Of a stretch of DNA of 64,000 bases, positions 49,183 through 62,320 are shown one piece after another. A program made the translations under genes and the position numbers. Under the pieces are notes generated by a model, which was not told the origin of the DNA, did not search any database, and was given only the letters and a program-made list of their open reading frames with translations. Origin of the DNA: Sphyrna mokarran. Lineage: Eukaryota. The number at the start of each line of letters is the position of its first letter. Position 1 is the stretch's first letter. Location of the stretch: the NCBI GenBank assembly GCA_024679065.1, contig JAGIQG010000006.1, positions 8,308,001 to 8,372,000 of the forward strand, given 5' to 3'.

Positions 49183-52100
49183 TCTCTTCACTCCTGCAGT
49201 ACACAGAGCTCTCTGAAGGCTCAGCACCCACTCGACGGGACTAATATCATTGTTCACTAACTGATCTTGTTGCTTCCTTCAGTAAACTTGATGTTAAACA
49301 AAAATACTGCTGAAATTTTGCAAGAATGCTAACCAGTTTAAAATGGGGAAGTGCATTCTAAGATGAATTCAAAAACTGGATTCTATATTTGTTCTTTCAC
49401 AGGATGTGGGTGGTGGTCAATGCTGGCTGGGTTACCATCAATTTCCCATGTATAATTGCCTTTCCAATGTGTTCATGAGCTGCCTTCTTGAACCGCTGCA
49501 GTCCAGGTGGTGCAGGTACACCCACAGTGCAGTTAGGAAAGGAGTTCCGGGATTTTGACCCAGCGACAGTGAGTGAACAGTGACATATTTCCTAGTTAGG
49601 TTGAGTGTAGTTGGGAGGGGAACTTGTAGAGAGTGGGTGTTCCCATGGCTTCCCATGGCCTTCTAAGTGGAGGGGTTGTGGGTTCGGAAAATACACTCGA
49701 AGGAGTTTTGGTGAGTTGCTGCAATGCCTTGTGGAAATGGTACACATGGCTAACAGTGTGCGTCAGCAGTGGAGAGAGTCAATAGTTAAAGTGATGGATG
49801 GGATGTCAGTTAATTGGGCTGCTTTGTCCTGGATGAAGTCAGGCTTCTTGAGTGTTGTTAGAGTTGCACTCACTCTCCATTTTCTGGGATATCTCATTAC
49901 ATTCCTGACTTGTGCTTTATCGATGGTGGAACAAAAGAACAAAGAATATTACAGCACAGGAACAGGCCCTTTGGCCCTCCAAGCCTGTACAGACCATGCT
50001 GCCAGAGTGAACTAAAACCCACTGTGCTTCCAGGGAACATATACCCCTATTCCCATCTCATTCATGTACTTGTCCAGATGCACCCTAAAAGTCACTAAGG
50101 AATCCGCTTTCACGATATCCCCTGGCAATGACTTCCAGGCATTCACCATTCTCTCTGTCAAAAATCTGCCTTTTACATGACTTTTAAAACTTGCCCATCC
50201 CACCTTAAACCTGTGCCCCTTTGTAACTGACTCTTCCACACTGGGAAAAAGCTTCTGACTATCCACTCTGTCCATGCCTCTCATAATCTTGGAGACTCCT
50301 ATCAGGTCCCCCCTCAACTTCCATCGCACCAGTGAGAACAAACCAAGTTTCTTCAACTTCTCTTATAGCAAATGCCCTCCATACCAGGTGATATCTGGTA
50401 AATCTTTTCTCTACCCTCTCCAAAGCCTCTACATCCTTCTGGTAATGTGACGACCAGAATTGAACACTATATTCCAAGTGCAGTCTCACTAAGGTACTAC
50501 AAAGTGTCCACATGACTTGCCAATTTTTAAACTCAATACCCTGGCCGATGAAGGCAAGCATGCCGTATGCCTCCTTGGAACGGTTCCAAGGAGTCAGGAG
50601 GTGAGTGACTCACAGCAGAATTCCCAGTCTCCAACCTGCTTTGTAACCACAGTCTTTATGTGGTTAGTCCAGTTCAATTTCTGGTCAATGGTAAGACTCA
50701 GGGTGTTGATAGTGGGGGATTGAGAAATGCTAATGCAGCTGAATGTCAAGGGGAGATGGTCGGACTCCGCTGTTTCCCAGTGTGTAAGAGCTGCCTCGTG
50801 CCATACTGGGTCCAATGGTCCCTTGATGTGAAGGACAGTTCATCTCACCTCATCATTTCAGCTCAGCTCTTTTGTCCATGTTTGAACAAAGGCTGTAATG
50901 AGGTCAGGAGCTGAGTGACTTTGGCAGAACACAAACTGGGCCTCACTGAGCAGGTTATTGCTGAGCAGGTGCTGCTTGATAGCGCTGTCGATGACCCCAT
51001 CCATCACTTTACTGATGATCGAGAGTAGATTGATTGGGCAGTAATTGGCCAAGTTGGATTTGTCCTGCTTTTTGTGCACAGGTTATACCTGGGCAATTTT
51101 CCACATTGCTGGGTAGTTGTCAGTGTTGTAGCTGTATTGGAACAGTTTGACGAGGGGAGTGGAAAGCTTTAGAGCACAAGTTTTCAGAACTACTATCAGA
51201 ATGATATCAGGGTCCATTGCCTTTGCAGTATCCAGTGCTTTCAGCTATTTCCTGTTATCACCTGGAGTGAATCAAACTGGCTGGAGACTGGCACCTTTGA
51301 TGCTGGTGATAATTGGAAGTTCTGACTGAAGACTGTGGTGAATCCTTCAGCCTAATCTTCTGTATTGATACACTGGGCTCCTCCATCACTGAGCATAGGG
51401 ATATTTGTGGAGCCAGCTTGGTCTGTGGTGGTACGACTGAGCTACTCTTGGTGATAGGCATTGGAGTCCTGACCCAGAGTGCTCAGATGTTCAGCTGCTG
51501 GTTTGGAGGATACTTATGGATTGAGGTTTTCCAACATTCACTAATGGGACAACCACAAGTGAAAATGAAGGACAAAGTGACAGAGTGACTTCTGTTTCAC
51601 TGAGTTTAATCTGTTTGTAAAGATTATTCTCCATGAAGTTTTCAAATTGAAACTTGTAAATGCTACTCCAGGCATATAAAATTAGAAATATATGAGCTGA
51701 AAAACATGGGTAATTTATTAATATTTCTACCAAACACACTCCCTGTGCTGGTACATGTGTTTACAGTAGTCTCAAATGGATAAAATACACAGTGCAATTT
51801 TTAAAATGCATTTTCTTTTATGAGATGTGGGTGTCACTAGTTAGGCCAGCATTCATGGCCTTTCTCAAGTTGACCTTGAGAAGGTTGTCCCTATGGTGTT
51901 GGTATGCTTATCGTAATTAAATCAGATATAGCTCTTGGCGCTGATGGGACCAGGATATTGTATTTGATGATCCACTATGATCAAGATGAATGGCAGTGCA
52001 AACTTGAAGGGCCGAATGTCCTGCTCCTGCTTCTAATGGCTGTGTCAAAATAAGGGAAGCAGATTAAGACTGAGTTGAGCAGGAATTTCTTCACATGAAG

Positions 52101-53759
52101 GATTGTGGAATTCCCTGCCCAGTGAAGCAGTTGAGGCTACCTCATTGAATGTTTTTAAGGCAAGGAAAGATAAATCTTTGAACAGTAAAGGAATTAAGGG
52201 TTATGATGAGTGGGCAGATGAGTGGAGCTGAACCCACAAAAAGATCAGCCATGATTTAATTGAATGGCAGAGCAGGCTCGAGGGCTAGATGGCCCACTCC
52301 TGTTCCTAGTTCTGATCTTATGAATTAGGAACAGTTCAGAATTCAGCAAATGATGATCAAGAGATTGATTCAGGGGTGAAAAACAGTAAGAGAATAAACT
52401 TACAAGTAACATAAAAGACAACTGTAAAAGCTTCTGTAAGGATGTAAAAAGAAAAAAGATCAATGAAGACAAATGTAGGTCCCTTACAGTGTGAAAGGAG
52501 AGAGTTTATAATAGAGAACAAAGACATGGCAGAGTGATTAAACAATTACTTTAGTTCTGTCTTCATGAGGAAGAAACAAATAAATTCACAAAAATATTCA
52601 AGAACTAAGGATCTTGTGAGAGGGAGGAATTGATGGAAATTGATATTGCTAAAAAAATGCTAGAGAAATTGATTTGTCTGAAAGCTGAAGAATCCCCAGA
52701 GCCTGATAACCGACATCCCAGGATATTAAATAGTGGATACGTGAGTTATCTTCCAAAACTCTGTATATCCTGGAACAGTCTCAGCAGATTAGGCAGGTGG
52801 CAAATCTAATCCCACTATTTAAAAAAAAAGGAGTGAGGAAGAAAACAGGGAATTACAGACCAGTTAACCTCACATCATGTGAGGGAAAATGCTGGACTCT
52901 ATTGAAACCGTTCCCATATTCCAAGGTGGCCACAGGCTGCTCCTCTCTTTGAGGGGGAGAGCTGATTGGTTGCTATTTAACCTGAAGGTCAGCACACCTC
53001 AGCGAGGGGTGAGGTTGGAGGGTTCATGAATAGCTCAGCTGGTACAGGAATTAAACCCAAGCTGCCAACATCACTCAGCAGCCATTCGGCCAACCGAGCG
53101 AACCAACTCTCTTATTAAAGCTCTGCTAACAGGGCATTCAGAAAACATCAATGGGATTAGACAAAAGCAACGTGGATTTATAAAAGGGAAATCATGTTAG
53201 ACAAACCCTGTGGAATTTTTTTGAAGATGTAACTAGCAGAATAGATAAGGGAGAAAGAATTTATTTGAGTTTCTGAAAGCTTTTGTGGGCAGTACAGTGA
53301 CATAGTGGTCAGCATTGCTGCCTCACAGCGCCACACTGAGATCTGCACTCCTGAACAGTTACTTCATTCATTTGTTTCCCTGCTTCTCCCACCAGCACCC
53401 CACACCACCCCCGGCTCCACCCCAGGCTGGATACCATGTTGCCTTCTCTGTGAAGAACTCATCACACCCTGGATCCTTCAGCCTCATCACACTCTTCCTC
53501 CCACCTCATGAGCCCTGCACCAGGTTCAATTCCCAGCTTGGGTCACTGATTGTGTGGAATCTGCACATTCTCCCTGTGTCCCAGGTTTCCTTCGGCTGCT
53601 CTGGTTTCCTCCCGCAGTCCAAAGATGTGTGACTTAAGTGGTTTGACCATGTTGCTCTGCCCCTTTTTATCTGTTAGTAAGAGATTTTGGCAGCATAAAA
53701 TAAGTGTGGTTAAAAGAACAGGATATGGGGGTGGGGAGTGGGGGGAGTCATTACAGCAC

Positions 53760-55830
53760 TGAAGGAGCACAGTCTCCTGCAGCAACAAGCAGTGACACCC
53801 AGGGAACACCCAGCGCCAGGAGACCGATGGGCCTGCAGGGCCAGAGGCCACAGCAGCCGAACAGAGGGCTCGCAGTCAAGGATGGAAACCGAGGTCACGG
53901 GTACACTTTATATCGGAGCATTGGACTGCGTTCATTTCGACTGGAGCAGGCGCAGCAGGATGGAGGGCTGCTGAAGTCCTCACAATGCTATCTGCCACGT
54001 GTCACTCTACACGCTCCTCACCATCAGGGAGCCCCCTTCATCAACACGAAAGTGTTCCATTCCAGCTGATGTGTGACCACCAGATGAAGAGGTTCATACA
54101 CGTGTGTGCACATTTTCCACGGAGTGTGAATAACAGCTACATCCTTGGCCAATCACAAATCCCTGGAATTTCTGAGGGTCACTCAAGCTGCAATGATGCC
54201 TCGTTGGGGATAAGGGATACCGCTGAGATCTTATGTGATGATGCCAGTGCAGAGGCCTGAGATTGAAGCAGAGGCCCACTACAGCGAGGGTACTGTGCCA
54301 CCCAGTCTGTGATAGAACAGGACGTTACCCTCCTCAATATGTGCTTCTGCTGCCTCGACAGATTCGATAGAGACCTGCAATACAATCCCCTGAGGATCTC
54401 CCAGATCATGGGGGTTGCTGGTACCCTATCTAACTTCTACACATTTAACTAGTTGCAATATTGGGGTGTTTCCTAGGCTGCTGTTCAGTTTCAGTTTCTG
54501 CCTGCACAGAGAGCAGCTTTTCAATAAATCTGTTGTGTGTTACTCTGAATCTACACATGCCAAACACATCTTTTCTTTGTGTTTAAAACCTACACCCCTT
54601 AACAGAGTTAGGACATTACAATTGCTTGGCACTGCACTGGATCAACAACCTTACTGATGATGACCTTGAGTTTTTTGTAGGGGTAACCAAGAAAGTAAAT
54701 AGAGGCAGTGCATTTGATGTTGTCTACATGGACTTTAGCAAGGCTTATGACAAGGTACCGCATGGTAGGTTGTTGCATAAAATTAAATCTCACAGCATCT
54801 GAAGTGAGGTAGCCAATTGGATACAAAATTTGTTTGATGACAGAAGACAGAGGGTGGTTGTGAAGGATTGTTTTTCAAACTGGAGACCTGTGATCATCGG
54901 AATCAGTGCTGGATCTACTGTTATTTGTTATTTATATTAATGATTTGGATGAGAATATAGGAGGCATGGTTAGTAAGTTTGCAGATGACACCAAGATTGG
55001 TGGAGTCGTGGAAGTGAAGAAAGTTATCTCGGATTGCAATGGGATGTTGATTAATTGGGCCAGTGAGCTCATGAACGGCAGATGGAGGTTAATTTAGATA
55101 AATGTGAGGTGATTGGTCGATCGAAGGGGGCAGGACCTACTCAGTTAATGGGGAGAGTTACAAAGAGATCTAGGAGTTCAGGTTCATAACTCATTGAAAG
55201 TGGAATCACAGGTGGACAGAGAGGTGAAGAAGGCATTCAGCATGCTTGGTTTCATCGGTCAGAAAATTGAATACAGGAGCTGGGATGGAAGTTGTACAGG
55301 ACATTGGTAAGGCCATGCTTGGAATACTGTGTACAGTTCTGGTTATCTACTTTTGAAAGAATATTGTTAAACTAGACAGAGTGCAGAAGAGATTCACTAG
55401 GATGCTCACGGGACTTGGTCGTTTGAGTTACAAGGAAAGGCTGAATGGACAGGGGCATCTTTTCCAGGAGATTGAAAGTTGAGGATGATCTTATATAGAG
55501 GTCTATAAAATAATGAGGGACATAGCTCGATAATCAACACTTTCTCCTCAAAGGTAGGGTAGTCTAAAACTAGAGGGCGTTTAGACAGTTATATGGGTAA
55601 GATGGGTATGGAAGGATATGGGCCGAATGTGGGCAATTGGGACTAACTTAGTTGAAGAACTTGGCGGCATAGACAAGTTGGGCCGAAGGGCCTGTTTTCA
55701 TGCTGTAAATCTCTATGAGCATTATTTCCTCAGATGGGAAGTCCAGGAGGGATTGGAGGAAGAGGCCGGAGAGGAGTTGAGGGTTTTCATGGACAGAAGG
55801 ACTGATGTTCCCTCATTGCTTCCCACTTTA
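53760..55830 (+). mobile_element. PIF/Harbinger transposase remnant (unit 2 copy)
   Basis: Same motifs as 32070-34310. Confidence 0.8.
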
Positions 55831-57504
55831 CTCTTCAGCAATACGGTGTTGGCCAGCAGTTTAACAAGCCCTTCATAACAGTTCTGCCATCGTGGGAGGA
55901 GGGACACAGTAAAACTTTGGTCAACAGCGTGCTGGGTCTGGGGAGTCCTTGTGCTTGCTGCTGAGTCAGTGCAGGAGGGTGATACTGATTCACAGTATGG
56001 AACCGTCTGAGATGCTGCTTCTGGCTCCTGTCTGGCCGGTTGGCTCCAGTTCATTGGCTCTCTGGCTGATCTCTGAGCGTGGGTGTGCCCTACATTCCTC
56101 TGTCCCTGAGCAATACAGAGGGTTAGAGGTCAGGGTCTCAGTTTTACTGATTAATGTCCCAATCCTTTCAGGACTGATGTTATTGTCACTTTGGACTGAA
56201 CCATTTGCCTGACACTGAGGGCCTGTGAGGAGAGCTTCTGTCTCTCTGGCTCCTGTTTGTCTGCCTGGCTGGCTCCTGTCTGCCCGTCTGCCTGGCTGGC
56301 CGGCTCCAGTTCATTGGCTCTCTGGCTGATCTCTGAGTGTGGGTGTGCCCTACATTCCTCTGTCCCCGAGCAATAGAGGGGGATTAGAGGTGAGGGTCTC
56401 AGTTTTACTGAATAATCCTTTCAGGAATGATGTTATTGTCACTTTGGACCGAACCATTTGCCTGACATTGAGGGCCTGTGAGAAGAGCTTTGTCCCGATG
56501 GGAAGAATCGCTATCCCATTGGGAGGACGATTAACGAGAGTGAGATTGTAAGGTTGTGGTAACAAGAGCTTTTAATATCGTTACAAGTGCATCTGTGACA
56601 TTTAATAAAGAACCCTAGCTTTCTGTGCCAACCTTGACATGTGCCCATGCTGCAACCCTGCAATTTCTCACCCTTGTGAACCCTCTCACTCTGTCTAGGT
56701 GTGTTCCCAGGATACACAGCAAAGGTGGAGGTGGTCTGCTGCATTCCACACCCTCTTGCTTGAGGTACATTTGAGGGAGGGCTGGGACCTATAGGACCCT
56801 GGCATATTCTCAGATGGCCAGAGTGTTGCAGCGTCACCCTGTTCAGCCCCCTGCCTCTGAGGTGCACCGTTATCTGAAATTTGGGAATCAGAAGGGCTGG
56901 TCGCTTCCAGCCTTTCCTGAGTGGAATGCCCCAGGATACACTCCAGGGAATTCCCCTCCCTCCGGGAACATGACGGCAGCTGGGTTAATTCATGGGATGG
57001 AGAAGCAACTGGACTGAGCTCCAGAAGCCTCGGCATCATCAGATCTACCTGTCCTGAAGACCGGCCATTGACTAAGCATCAGAGTTCCTCTATCAGGAAT
57101 CTGACCTTATGCCTCAGCTTTTTTAACTCTGGTGCCACTGTTGTAATGTTGGTCTGAGTGCCACCCATTCCTGGCACCGTGTCCTGCGGCAGAAGGCTCT
57201 GGGATTCCTCTATTCGGCCTCACAGTGGCAGAAGTTTCACAGACATCCCTTCCTGCCATTCCTGGCTCTGCCTCCATATCTCTAGCAACTGACAGATGAA
57301 CATTTCCAGGGATATCTCACTCGGTCAGGGCACAGCTGAGTTCTGGGATCGAACAGACCTCTGACCGTCAGATGTGCATCAGAAGTTGTGTGGTGTTCAC
57401 CAGATAGCGGGCAGCTTCAGAGTCACTAAAGTCACCCACTGAAGTGTGTGTGTCTCTGCGCTGTCGATGGTGTGAATGATAGCTGGGGTGTTTCATCCTG
57501 CCTG

Positions 57505-58152
57505 CATCAACAGTGACAAAGTGGAAATAGTTGTAAGCTTCAAGTTTCTTGATATCCAGATCACCAACAACCTGTCCTGGTGCCCCCCATGCTGACACTA
57601 TCTTTAAGAAAGCCCACCAATGCCTCTACTTTCTCAGAAGACTAAGAAAGTTTGACATGTCAGCTACAAATCTCACCAACTTTTACAGATGCGCGATAGA
57701 AAGCATTCTCTCTGGTTGTATCACAGCTTGGTCTGGCTCCTGCTCTGCCTGAGACCACAAGAAACTAGAAAGGACTGTGAATGTAGGCCAATCCATCACA
57801 CAAACCAGCCTCCCTTCCAGTGACTCTGATTACACTTCTCACTGCCTCGAAAAAGCAGTCAGCATAATCAAGGACCCCACACACCTCGGACATTCTCTCT
57901 TCCACCTTCTTCCATTGTGAAAAAGATACAAAAATCTGAGGTCACGTAACAACCGGCTCAAGAACAGCTTCTTCCCTGCTGCTGTCAGACTTTTGAATGG
58001 AGCTACCTTATATTAAGCTGATAGTTCTGTATACCCTAGGTATAACTAACACTCTCCTTTCCTTCTCCCCTATAAATGGTATGCTTATTGTAGTGTGAAA
58101 GAAACAGTTCTTTTCACTGTACCCCAGTGCAGGTGAAATAATAAATCAGATC
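57505..58152 (+). mobile_element. Rex1/Babar-like LINE 3' fragment (shorter related pieces at ~38243-38605 and ~62693-63050)
   Basis: KKAHQCLYFLRRLRKFDMS..NLTNFYRCAIESILSGCITAW, typical of the Rex1-type RT C-terminus; aataaa-tcagatcaaa type end. Confidence 0.8.
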
Positions 58153-58759
58153 AAAGTCTCCTCCTTTGGGATGGTATTCATGGTGGGCGATGGAGCATTG
58201 AGAACGGGCTAGGCTGTTCCGGTGATGGTTCTGCAGGGTAAGGGACATGGTTTTAGCACATGGTCTGTTCGAGGGTTTGGGATACACAGAACTGACTTGA
58301 GGCTGACCATCTGGATCAAGGTGCAGTGGCTCATTGCTTTTCTCTCTCAGGCCCAACCTCACTTTCAGCGCAGACCCGCTCCTGCTCCTCCTCTGCCAGC
58401 ACCACATCCCTCTCCGCTTCCAGAGTCAGCATCCTCAGACTGTGTATCCCACCGCCCGCTTCCTCTCTCTCCGCTTGTGGGTGATCCTGTAGGGACACCA
58501 AAGGGGCTGATGTGAGCTGGACGCCTGGTGGGTCAGACATCAATGGCAGTCGGAATGGGTGGGCACTGTGCCTAATCAGGAAGGGATTCTGAGTGCTGTA
58601 GTTGAGGAGTGGGGAGTAGAGGGCATTGGGTGGAGGGGGTGGTTTGAGGATGATGCTGGGAGGTCGGGTGTTGGGAAACTGAGGTGGAAGCATGTGGGTG
58701 CCAGGTGACATTCCAGGGTTGAGGGCAGGGAGGAGATAGGGAGCATTTATCCAGGCTGA

Positions 58760-58967
58760 TCAGAGTGGATCATTCATTGGTTTTTTGCATTACGTTCCCT
58801 TCCTCTTGTGAAAGCTGCTGCCACCCTCTCCCAGGTAGGGTGGGTTACTTTCTGGAGGGGCTCCTGCCAGCCTGAGGGTATACCGTTACCCATCTTTCCT
58901 CCATGGAACCCAGCACAGGGGTGAGGGCCCCCTCTGTGAATCGAGGAGATGGTTTCCTGGCTGCCAT
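58760..58967 (-). mobile_element. Myb/SANT-like (NAIF1-type) second gene of a Harbinger element, decayed N-terminus
   Basis: MAARKPSPRFTEGALTPVLGSMEERW..YP..GR, then frameshifted W.RVA and CKKPMND resembling Myb/SANT W..VA...QCRKKxND. Confidence 0.6.
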
Positions 58968-59194
58968 CCTCCTGGACTGAATGAGAGCAAAAGGGTGGAG
59001 CTGTTTAAATGTTGATTGGTCTGCTCAGGTGATTGCTGGGGATTAGCGAATCAGACGCTTCGCTCCTCAGGTGTTTTCCCAGTGGGGAAAACATTTTTCG
59101 AAGCGGAGAATCCATATTAACACCAGCTGAGGTCCCTGGATTAGGGCAGCAGCTGCCAGGCCTGGCTCCTGTCTCTGTTAGTGGTGTCTCTACC

Positions 59195-59930
59195 CAACCT
59201 TCAGGAGAACAGTGACCACAATACCACACAACCCTGCCACAGCAACCTCTGCAAGACATGCCGGGTCATTAACATGGACGACATCGTCAAACGTGAGAAT
59301 ACCATTCACCAGGTACATGGTACATACTCTTGCAACTCAGCCAACGTTGTCTACCTAATACGTTGCAAGAATGGATGTCCCAAAGCATGGTACATTGGGG
59401 AGACCATGCAGACACTATGACAGCGGATGAATGAACATTGCTCAACAATCACCAGGCAAAAAAGTTCCCTTCCTGTGGGCGAACACTTCAGCAGTCACGG
59501 GCATTCGGCCTCCGACCTTCGGGTAAATGTTCTTCAAGGGGGCCTTCACGACACACGACAGCGCAGAGTCGCCGAGTAGAGACTGATAGCCAAGTTCCGC
59601 ACACATGAGGACGGTCTTGACAGGGATCTTGGCTTCATATCTGTAACCCCCATGGCTTGCCTGGGTTAGCAAAAAACCTCACTTACTGTGCTGTCTGGAG
59701 ACAATACACATCTCTCTAACCTCTGCTGTTAGCCACTTTAAGACTTGAATAGCAGGTTAGGTGTAAGGATTCGCATTCTAATCAGCAATCTGTAAACTGT
59801 CTGCGCTGATATGTGTTCTTTTGGAGACCAGAACACCTCATTCACCTGACGAAGGCCGCAAAGACCGAAAGCTCGCAGATTTACTATCAAATAAATCGGT
59901 TGGATTTAGAATTGATGTTGTCAGACTTTA
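59195..59930 (+). mobile_element. Penelope-like retroelement 3' fragment (GIY-YIG endonuclease)
   Basis: PCHSNLCKTC...YSCNSANVVYLIRC..GCPKAWYIGETMQTL*QRMNEH. Confidence 0.87.
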
Positions 59931-61462
59931 CTCTGTTGGTGGGGCCTGAGATGGTCGTTCAGCCACCAGCAGAAGGTGGGAGTGGAGTGGGGGTGAGGAG
60001 GAAATGGCTGGGCAGAGGAGGAGTGTAATACAAGAAACTTAAGTCCCAAGACAGCATTGACCCCTGGTTTGAGGATCAGAGAGTGGCGAGAGCCCTCCCC
60101 ACCAGTCCCCTGCACCATCCCACACCACAGCAATGGTTGATGTTCCAACCCCACCCTGCTGCCCACTGGTGTTGAGGGGGTGGTGGTGGGGGTTGGTGCT
60201 CAATGGCACTCATCTCCTCACTTCTCTTCACTATGGCTCTACCTGATTCACATTGATACCAACATTAAGGACGTTTAAATGGTCATTGGATAAACATATG
60301 AATGCTACTGGAATGGTGTAGGTTAGATGGGCTTCAGATTGGTTTCATAGGTCCACGCAACATCGAGGGCCGAAGGGACTGCACCACGCTGTAATGTTCT
60401 ATGTTTTATTATGTGAACATCTTGCCGGGGAGATGGGAAACTTTTGGGGTTTCGGGGAGAGTGGGGGTGGCAGGGGGTTGGGGGGGTGAGGAGCGATGTT
60501 GTGTCAGACTTACTAATGATATTGCAATCCAGTTAAATTTATGCTAATTGGTTTTGATCAGTCTCTGGGTGTGAAGAAGTTTGTGCTGTTAAAAAGGGGC
60601 TGGGATGATCACAAATCATTTCATGATGGGCACAAATCAAATTTTTAGCATCTCTCGCTATTTTCCCAGCTCACCACACTGATCGCTGGGTGCAGTGAGG
60701 TGGTAAAATCACACCCTTAGGAATAGCTGTCATTGGGCCAAGTGTAAATATCTGATTCTTTCTTCTCAATAAAACAATTGAGTCTTTCTTTGCTCTTTGG
60801 CAATTAAACCACCCAAATTTACTGTACACAGGCTCCAACACATGTCACATGATCCTTTTCATATTACATTTAACTGCAGTTCTAAACTGTTATTCCTATT
60901 AAAGAAACCATATAGTGTGAAAGCATCACCATCCTGTACATTTCACAAATAAAGCACTAAAAAACAAGGCCTGCTGAATCTTTGCTTCTTCCACTCATCA
61001 GCACAGACACAAGAATACCAGATTTCAAACAGAACAACAACTTATAATGGAGGAAAAGAAGGATTCTGATTGGTTGAAGATTGTGTAAGACATATCTTAA
61101 ATGGATTGATGATTGAGAGTGAAATTTGCTGTATTTATGCTTTGCCGATTGTCCGTTGTCACAGTGGACTGGAAAGATTGTACCCAATGTTTCAAAACAT
61201 GAGATTTTGTTGGTAATTTCTTCATTTGGCCGTTGTTTGGTAAATTTAGTTATTTTGGTTTAACTTTGACCCATGGGTTTATAAGACAAAGTTATACAGG
61301 GCCACTGTAACAATTTGGTTTTTTGGATACAGATCAGCCAGGCTCTGATTGAAAAAGTGAACAGACCCGAGGGGCTGAATGGCCTCCTCCACAAAAACTC
61401 AAAGATTTCACAATATTACCATTAATCCTTCGCAGCAGTCACATTTTTATTGTGAAACTTAC

Positions 61463-61836
61463 CTACCGTCAACATCCAGATGCTAAAACAAATTATAAAA
61501 TATAAGATCAGTAAAAGAACCTGCACAATGTAGGAAACAATAGTGGACATGTCCTTGTCTTCAGCGATGAGGTGGATCTGACGGATGTCTCTCCCGAGTT
61601 CAGTTACAGCCACACAGCTGTATGTCCCTCTCAGTATTGGGTTACGAAACTCTCTGTGATTTGATACTTGTCCGGCTCTTGTGTGACTGTTGTGTCAGGG
61701 CTGTTCCCAGGCACTGAGCTGCCCACAGGATCGATCCACGTGATATTGGCAGGTGGCACTGCTTTTACCTGGCACACGATGCTCTCTCCAGTTACATCAT
61801 CGCTCACTGTCGACAGATTCAAGATGGTGGCTGGGA
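61463..61836 (-). pseudogene. Gene C C2/TM exon, frameshifted (rest of gene beyond window end)
   Basis: 374 nt vs 375 in A and B; actctc(c)tgtg 1-nt deletion at ~61654 splits ORFs 61631-61822 and 61422-61613; TM Arg replaced by Gln (CAG at 61521-61523). Confidence 0.75.
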
Positions 61837-61911
61837 CTTGGGGAAGGAAAGGGACAATGAGGTTAACACCGATCCGTTGATCCTTACTGGAATATAGGAA
61901 CAGGGATTGGC

Positions 61912-62320
61912 CTTATGAGGAAAGGCTGAGGGACCTGAGGTTATTTTCATTAGAGAGAAGAAGGTTAAGCGGTGACCTAATTGAGGCGTATAAGATGATC
62001 ATGGGATTGGATAGGGTGGATAGTGAGAGCCTTTTTCCTCGGATGGTGATGACCAACACGAGGGGACATCTCTTTAAATTAAGAGGTGGTAGTTATAGGA
62101 TGGATATCAGAGGCAGGTTCTTTACACAGAGGGTGATGAGAGCGTGGAATACCCTGCCTGCAGCAGTTGTGGACTCGCCTACTTTGGGGGCATACAAATG
62201 TTCGGTGGATAGGCATATGGATGATATTGGAATAGTTTAGGTTAGAGGGTCCACTGGCCGGCGCAACATCGAGGGCTGAAGGACCTGTACTGCGCTGTAA
62301 TGTTTTATGTTCGATGTTCA
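61912..62320 (+). mobile_element. CR1 3' fragment specific to the gene C intron
   Basis: MGLDRVDSESLFPRMVMTNTRGH...; replaces ~37273-37860 of unit 1. Confidence 0.85.
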
